64,000 nucleotides of DNA from Bryobacterales bacterium (GTDB lineage Bacteria > Acidobacteriota > Terriglobia > Bryobacterales > UBA6623), in assembly GCA_965261065.1 (NCBI GenBank), contig OZ253444.1, forward strand, positions 4,710,381 to 4,774,380, read 5' to 3'. A program made the position numbers and the translations under genes. The notes beneath the pieces were generated by a model. It saw only the letters and a program-made list of their open reading frames with translations, searched no databases and was not told where the DNA came from. Each line of letters begins with the position of its first letter. The first letter of the stretch is position 1. Positions 60,235 through 64,000 of this stretch are shown here, piece after piece.

Positions 60235-62004
60235 ATGTCGGTTGTTGAGGCGCTAGCAGCGTTCCTGGTCGAGAACGGGATTCGGTATGCCTTCGGAATC
60301 GGCGGCCATGGCAACACGCCTTTGCTAGAAGCGTTCATGCCCTACCACAAGAAAAACAAACTCCGGGTCGTGGATGTCCAACACGAAGCCGTCGCCGCGC
60401 ACGCAGCGACCGCGCTGAAGTGGATGCATGGGATCGACTCTGTCGTTTTCACTTCGATCGGACCGGGCTGGTTCAACACACTGATCGGACAGTCTACCGC
60501 CATGAGCGACGGGTATGGATATCTCGTGCTGGCGGGCGATAAGACCACGGCCTACGAAGGGCCGAACATGCAGCAGATCATGCGCGACGGACAGTTCGGA
60601 TTCGTTCACGCCGCCAACGCCGTTGCCAAGCAGGGCTATACCATCATTGACCCGCGTAACCTTTACACCGTACTTCCGGAGGCTCTAGCCAAGACGCGGG
60701 AGCCTGGTTCGGCGGGCCCGGTCAATGTTTTCCTGCCCATGAACCTGCAATCACAAGAGTACGAATACAACACGCAGATGCTGCTTCGACCTATGCGGCC
60801 AAACACCCTCTCGGTGCGGCCGGACAAAGCGCAGGTCGCAGCGGCGGCTACGGAGATTCGCAGGCATCGCAAAATCGCGATCCGGGTCGGCGGCGGAGCG
60901 GTCGGGGCGGGTGAAGTCATCAAGTCTCTGGCGAAGAGAATAGGCGCGGCCGTCATCATGGGGCCCGTCGCGATGGACGTGATCGAATCGGACTTTTCGC
61001 TGAACGTCGGCCCCGCGGGTTCAAAAGGTTCCATTGCAGGCAACTATGCCGCCGAACACGCGACCCTGGTCATCAACATCGGCGGACGGGGTGTTTGTCA
61101 GTCCGACTCCTCCGGCACTTTGTATCGGCGTGCCAAGGCATTCATCAACGTCAACCTCAATGCAGTCGAAGCTCAGCGCTATCAGGGCATCGCTGTGGTT
61201 GGCGATGCGCGAGCGGCAGTTGAGGAGATGCTCATCGAGCTTCGCAAAGGGCCGCGCATCGAGCCTGATTCGAAGTGGCAAGCAGCCCTCGGTCGAGCCA
61301 AGAAGAAGTGGGACACGTATCTTCAGAGCTTCTTTGACCATCCGGTGATCAACGGTAAGCTGACGCAACCGGCGGCGATCAAGGCGATTGACGACTATGT
61401 GAACGGGATCGGGGGCATCAAGATCTTTGATGCGGGCGACGTCCAAGCTCACGGTTTCCAGATCTGCCGTCACGAACAGCCTAAGACGTACCTGAATGAG
61501 ACGGGCAACTCGTGCATGGGCTTCGGTATTTGTGCCGCGTTCGGACTCGGTCTCGTCCGCGGAGGTCGTTATCCAACCGCGATCATTGGAGACGGTTCGT
61601 TCCTTATGCAGGCGCAGGCGATCCGCGATATGGTCAAGCACAAGTCCAACTGTACGATTGTTGTTTTGGACAATCAGGCGATGGGGGCGATTACTGCTCT
61701 GCAGTGGGCCCAAGAATACAAGGGCTTCGCCACGGTGGATCCAACGCGGCTTCAGCCGGTGGATTACGCAATGCTCGCCCGATCGATGGGCTGTCGAGCT
61801 TATGCTCCTCGGGCAAGCACCGACTCCCTCACCGACGCGCTCGACCAGGCGTTCCGTCAAGAGGGCCCGGCGGTTATAGACGTGAAAGTGCATCTCGGCC
61901 CGGAGGAATACGCTGCACTGGGAGCGTTTGGCCGCTGGAACGTTGGTCCCTGGTCGGAGCAAGTCGAGAAGATCTGGGAAGGCAAAGCGAAGCCCGAATC
62001 GTGA
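60235..62004 (+). CDS. thiamine-pyrophosphate-dependent enzyme (acetolactate synthase / IolD-like)
   Basis: Start re-assigned to ATG 60235 (MSVVEALAAFLVENGIRYAFGIGG); the track start lies inside the IS. The TPP-binding motif is IIGDGSFLMQ..VVLDNQAMG. Confidence 0.75.
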   Translation: MSVVEALAAFLVENGIRYAFGIGGHGNTPLLEAFMPYHKKNKLRVVDVQHEAVAAHAATALKWMHGIDSVVFTSIGPGWFNTLIGQSTAMSDGYGYLVLAGDKTTAYEGPNMQQIMRDGQFGFVHAANAVAKQGYTIIDPRNLYTVLPEALAKTREPGSAGPVNVFLPMNLQSQEYEYNTQMLLRPMRPNTLSVRPDKAQVAAAATEIRRHRKIAIRVGGGAVGAGEVIKSLAKRIGAAVIMGPVAMDVIESDFSLNVGPAGSKGSIAGNYAAEHATLVINIGGRGVCQSDSSGTLYRRAKAFINVNLNAVEAQRYQGIAVVGDARAAVEEMLIELRKGPRIEPDSKWQAALGRAKKKWDTYLQSFFDHPVINGKLTQPAAIKAIDDYVNGIGGIKIFDAGDVQAHGFQICRHEQPKTYLNETGNSCMGFGICAAFGLGLVRGGRYPTAIIGDGSFLMQAQAIRDMVKHKSNCTIVVLDNQAMGAITALQWAQEYKGFATVDPTRLQPVDYAMLARSMGCRAYAPRASTDSLTDALDQAFRQEGPAVIDVKVHLGPEEYAALGAFGRWNVGPWSEQVEKIWEGKAKPES

Positions 62005-63016
62005 GGCTCCAACCGAACGTGTCCACCCTTAGCGAAAGATTGATTCTGCTTTCCCGCAGCCGCCGTTGGCGTCCATTGCTGGCGCTGCTTACTTTGGCCC
62101 TAACGTGTTCCTGCGAACAGCCCCATAAGACGCGAATCGGCGTTGTCCCGAAAGCGATCTCTCTGGTCTTCTGGCAAAGTGTCCATGCGGGCGCGGTTGC
62201 GGCAGGTCGGGAAGAGGATATCGATGTCGATTGGAACGGCCCTACAACTGAGACCGACTTCTCACGGCAGATCGAAATCGTCGACTCCATGATCAACGCG
62301 AGGGTCGATGGCATCGTCGTTGCTCCCTCGGAAGCCACCGCGTTGGTGGGGGTCGTCGAGCGGGCGGCTCGGGAAGGTATACCCGTCACGATCTTCGACA
62401 CGGGCATCAATACGGAAGAGTATGTGTCTTTCGTCTCCACCAACAACTATGAGGCGGGCGTTATTGGTGCCAGGACGTTGGCCGGTGCGCTCGGGGGCAA
62501 GGGGAAAGTCGCCGTGATTCGCATGGTTCCGGGCAGCGCCTCCACGACGGCTCGAGAGGATGGCTTCGCTGATACGATCAAGCAGGAATTCCCGGAGATC
62601 GAAATCTGGCGGAGCAGTATTGCATGGCGGACCCCGCGAAGGCATTGGCTGTGGCCGAGAACATCCTAACCGCTCATCCTGACTTGAGTGGCATGTTCGC
62701 GTCGGCGGAACCTGCCACCGTAGGACCGGTTCAAGCCCTCAAGGCTCGTGGCCTTGTGGGAAAGGTGAAGCTTGTCGGCTTCGATTTTGGCGATACGATT
62801 GAGCAGGCTTTGAAGGACGGTGTCCTGGTCGCCGCCGTTGTGCAAGACCCTTTCAATATCGGCTACACAGCGGTTAAGACCATGGCCGCAAAGCTGAGGG
62901 GCGAGACGCCGGAGAGACGAATCGACTCGCTTGTGAAGGTTGTCACCGGCGAAAATCTATCCGACCTTGAAGTCGACCGATTTGTCCATCCCGATTTGGC
63001 AGGGTATCTAAACTAG
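62001..63016 (+). pseudogene. periplasmic sugar-binding protein (ABC substrate-binding, ribose/LacI-type fold), frameshifted
   Basis: The signal/lipobox-like LLALLTLALTCSC is followed by IGVVPKAISLVFWQSVHAGA..VDGIVVAP..VAVIRMVPGSASTTAREDGF. The frame switches near 62605-62625 (gaaatctggcgg) into track ORF 62624..63016 (..AENILTAHPDL..KLVGFDFGD..VVQDPFNIGY). Confidence 0.65.
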
Positions 63017-63036
63017 CCGATTCAGACGCGTAAGTC

Positions 63037-64000
63037 ATGCAGCCACCACAGATAGCTGTCGGCATGGTCGGCCTCGGGCTAGCGGCTTCCGCTCACATCG
63101 AGGGCTACGAGCGCCACACGCAAGCGAAAGTGGTGGCCGTCTGTGATGCTGACGAAGATCGAGCCCGGTCGTGGGCCGCTTGCCATAACATTTCCAGAAT
63201 CTATGGCGACTACGAGACAATGCTGGCCGACTCTGAGATCAGTCTCGTCGACATTGCCACGCCCACATATCTCCACGCCCCGATGACGCTGATGGCCGCT
63301 GAGGCCGGCAAGCACGTCCATTGTGAGAAACCTTTCTGCTGCAGCGTTGTCGAGGGCCTCGCTGCATGTGACGCCGTCCGGCGAAGCGGAACGAAGCTCG
63401 TGGTCGGTGAGACGTACGTTTTTCTCACGTCGCATGTGAAGGCCCGCGAGTTGATTGCCGCGGGCGAGATCGGGCGGCCCATGCAAGTGCGGTTGCGGCA
63501 CGGCGGTTGGCGCGAGCGGCCGCGGCCCCGCATCGACACCGGCCCGGCGGATCGTACGTGGCGGGTCGACCCGGAAAGCTCTGGTGGCGGAAAGTATCCT
63601 TGGCTCTTCGACCACGCGGTTCACTTTTTCGCTAGCGCCGAGTACTTCATGCTCGACACACCGATCTCGGAAATCTACGCGGTTCGTGGCGGTTCGGTCC
63701 GCCGCTCGGAGCGTGCAGGAGCCGCGCACGATCCCTACACATCCGCGGAAGTCGACGTCCCGATCATCACTTGGCGCTATGTCGACGAGGAACGGCAGGG
63801 TGTCTGGATGCGCGCCGAACGCCTGAATCACAAATACGACTATGCGAATGGTTTCAGAACGACAATCATTGGGGAAACGGGCGTGATCGAGGTCCTCGGG
63901 GAAGGCGGTGGACAGCTATTCGAGAACGGTGAACCACAGCACCTCGTGCTCCACCGGCAGGGCAAGCCAACGCTTTGTTTCCGCTTCGAGGAAGGCGACG
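63037..64000 (+). CDS. Gfo/Idh/MocA-family oxidoreductase (3' end outside the window; absent from the ORF track)
   Basis: ATG 63037 opens a frame that stays open to nt 64000. It reads MQPPQIAVGMVGLGLAASAHIEGY..VVAVCDADEDRA..LVDIATPTYLHAPMTLMAAEAGKHVHCEKPF, i.e. Rossmann plus the EKP motif. The long minus-strand ORFs here are antisense shadows. Confidence 0.8.
   Translation, partial: MQPPQIAVGMVGLGLAASAHIEGYERHTQAKVVAVCDADEDRARSWAACHNISRIYGDYETMLADSEISLVDIATPTYLHAPMTLMAAEAGKHVHCEKPFCCSVVEGLAACDAVRRSGTKLVVGETYVFLTSHVKARELIAAGEIGRPMQVRLRHGGWRERPRPRIDTGPADRTWRVDPESSGGGKYPWLFDHAVHFFASAEYFMLDTPISEIYAVRGGSVRRSERAGAAHDPYTSAEVDVPIITWRYVDEERQGVWMRAERLNHKYDYANGFRTTIIGETGVIEVLGEGGGQLFENGEPQHLVLHRQGKPTLCFRFEEGD

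Overview
High-GC (roughly 60%) bacterial chromosomal segment. The gene content (a PSCyt/DUF1549-DUF1553 protein paired with a DUF1501 protein, HDOD/GGDEF signalling, many secreted beta-propeller proteins) suggests a Planctomycetota-like organism; this is inference only. Recognisable backbone genes are: gltB (3' part)-gltD, a dGTPase-like HD protein, a bacilliredoxin-like protein, a BNR sialidase-like protein, korA(truncated)/korB plus a CBS protein, a radical-SAM / flavin-halogenase-like / PaaK-like ligase operon, a DUF1549-1553/DUF1501 pair, an LLM oxidoreductase, an Nramp transporter, and a TPP-enzyme / sugar-binding-protein / Gfo-Idh-MocA cluster that runs off the 3' end. The dominant signal is mobile DNA and gene decay. 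About a quarter of the window is insertion-sequence material: 2 x IS630, 3 full copies and 1 fragment of IS1380, 2 x IS1595, 1 IS1202/ISNCY-like element, 2 modules pairing a small Cys-motif ORF with a DDE transposase, and remnants of IS6, ISL3 and an integrase/IS91-like element. Many IS boundaries and target-site duplications (TSDs) can be read directly. At least 6 recognisable genes carry in-frame stop codons. About 10 carry frameshifts, three of them at long G/C homopolymers, and several genes are cut by IS insertions. One of these can be rejoined in frame across a nested IS630-in-IS1380 insertion. I could not demonstrate a convincingly novel multi-gene system. The best leads are: (i) a small GG-terminated, possibly ubiquitin-like ORF translationally coupled to a decayed DUF4132 gene next to an integrase; (ii) an HDOD-GGDEF / pentapeptide-repeat K+ channel / HDOD operon with homopolymer frameshifts; (iii) the radical-SAM/halogenase-like/ligase operon. 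No rRNA, tRNA or CRISPR array was seen by eye. The supplied ORF track uses GTG/TTG as Met and omits ORFs lacking a stop, so several starts are re-assigned and two genes absent from the track are added. All family names come from motif recognition by eye, not from searches.
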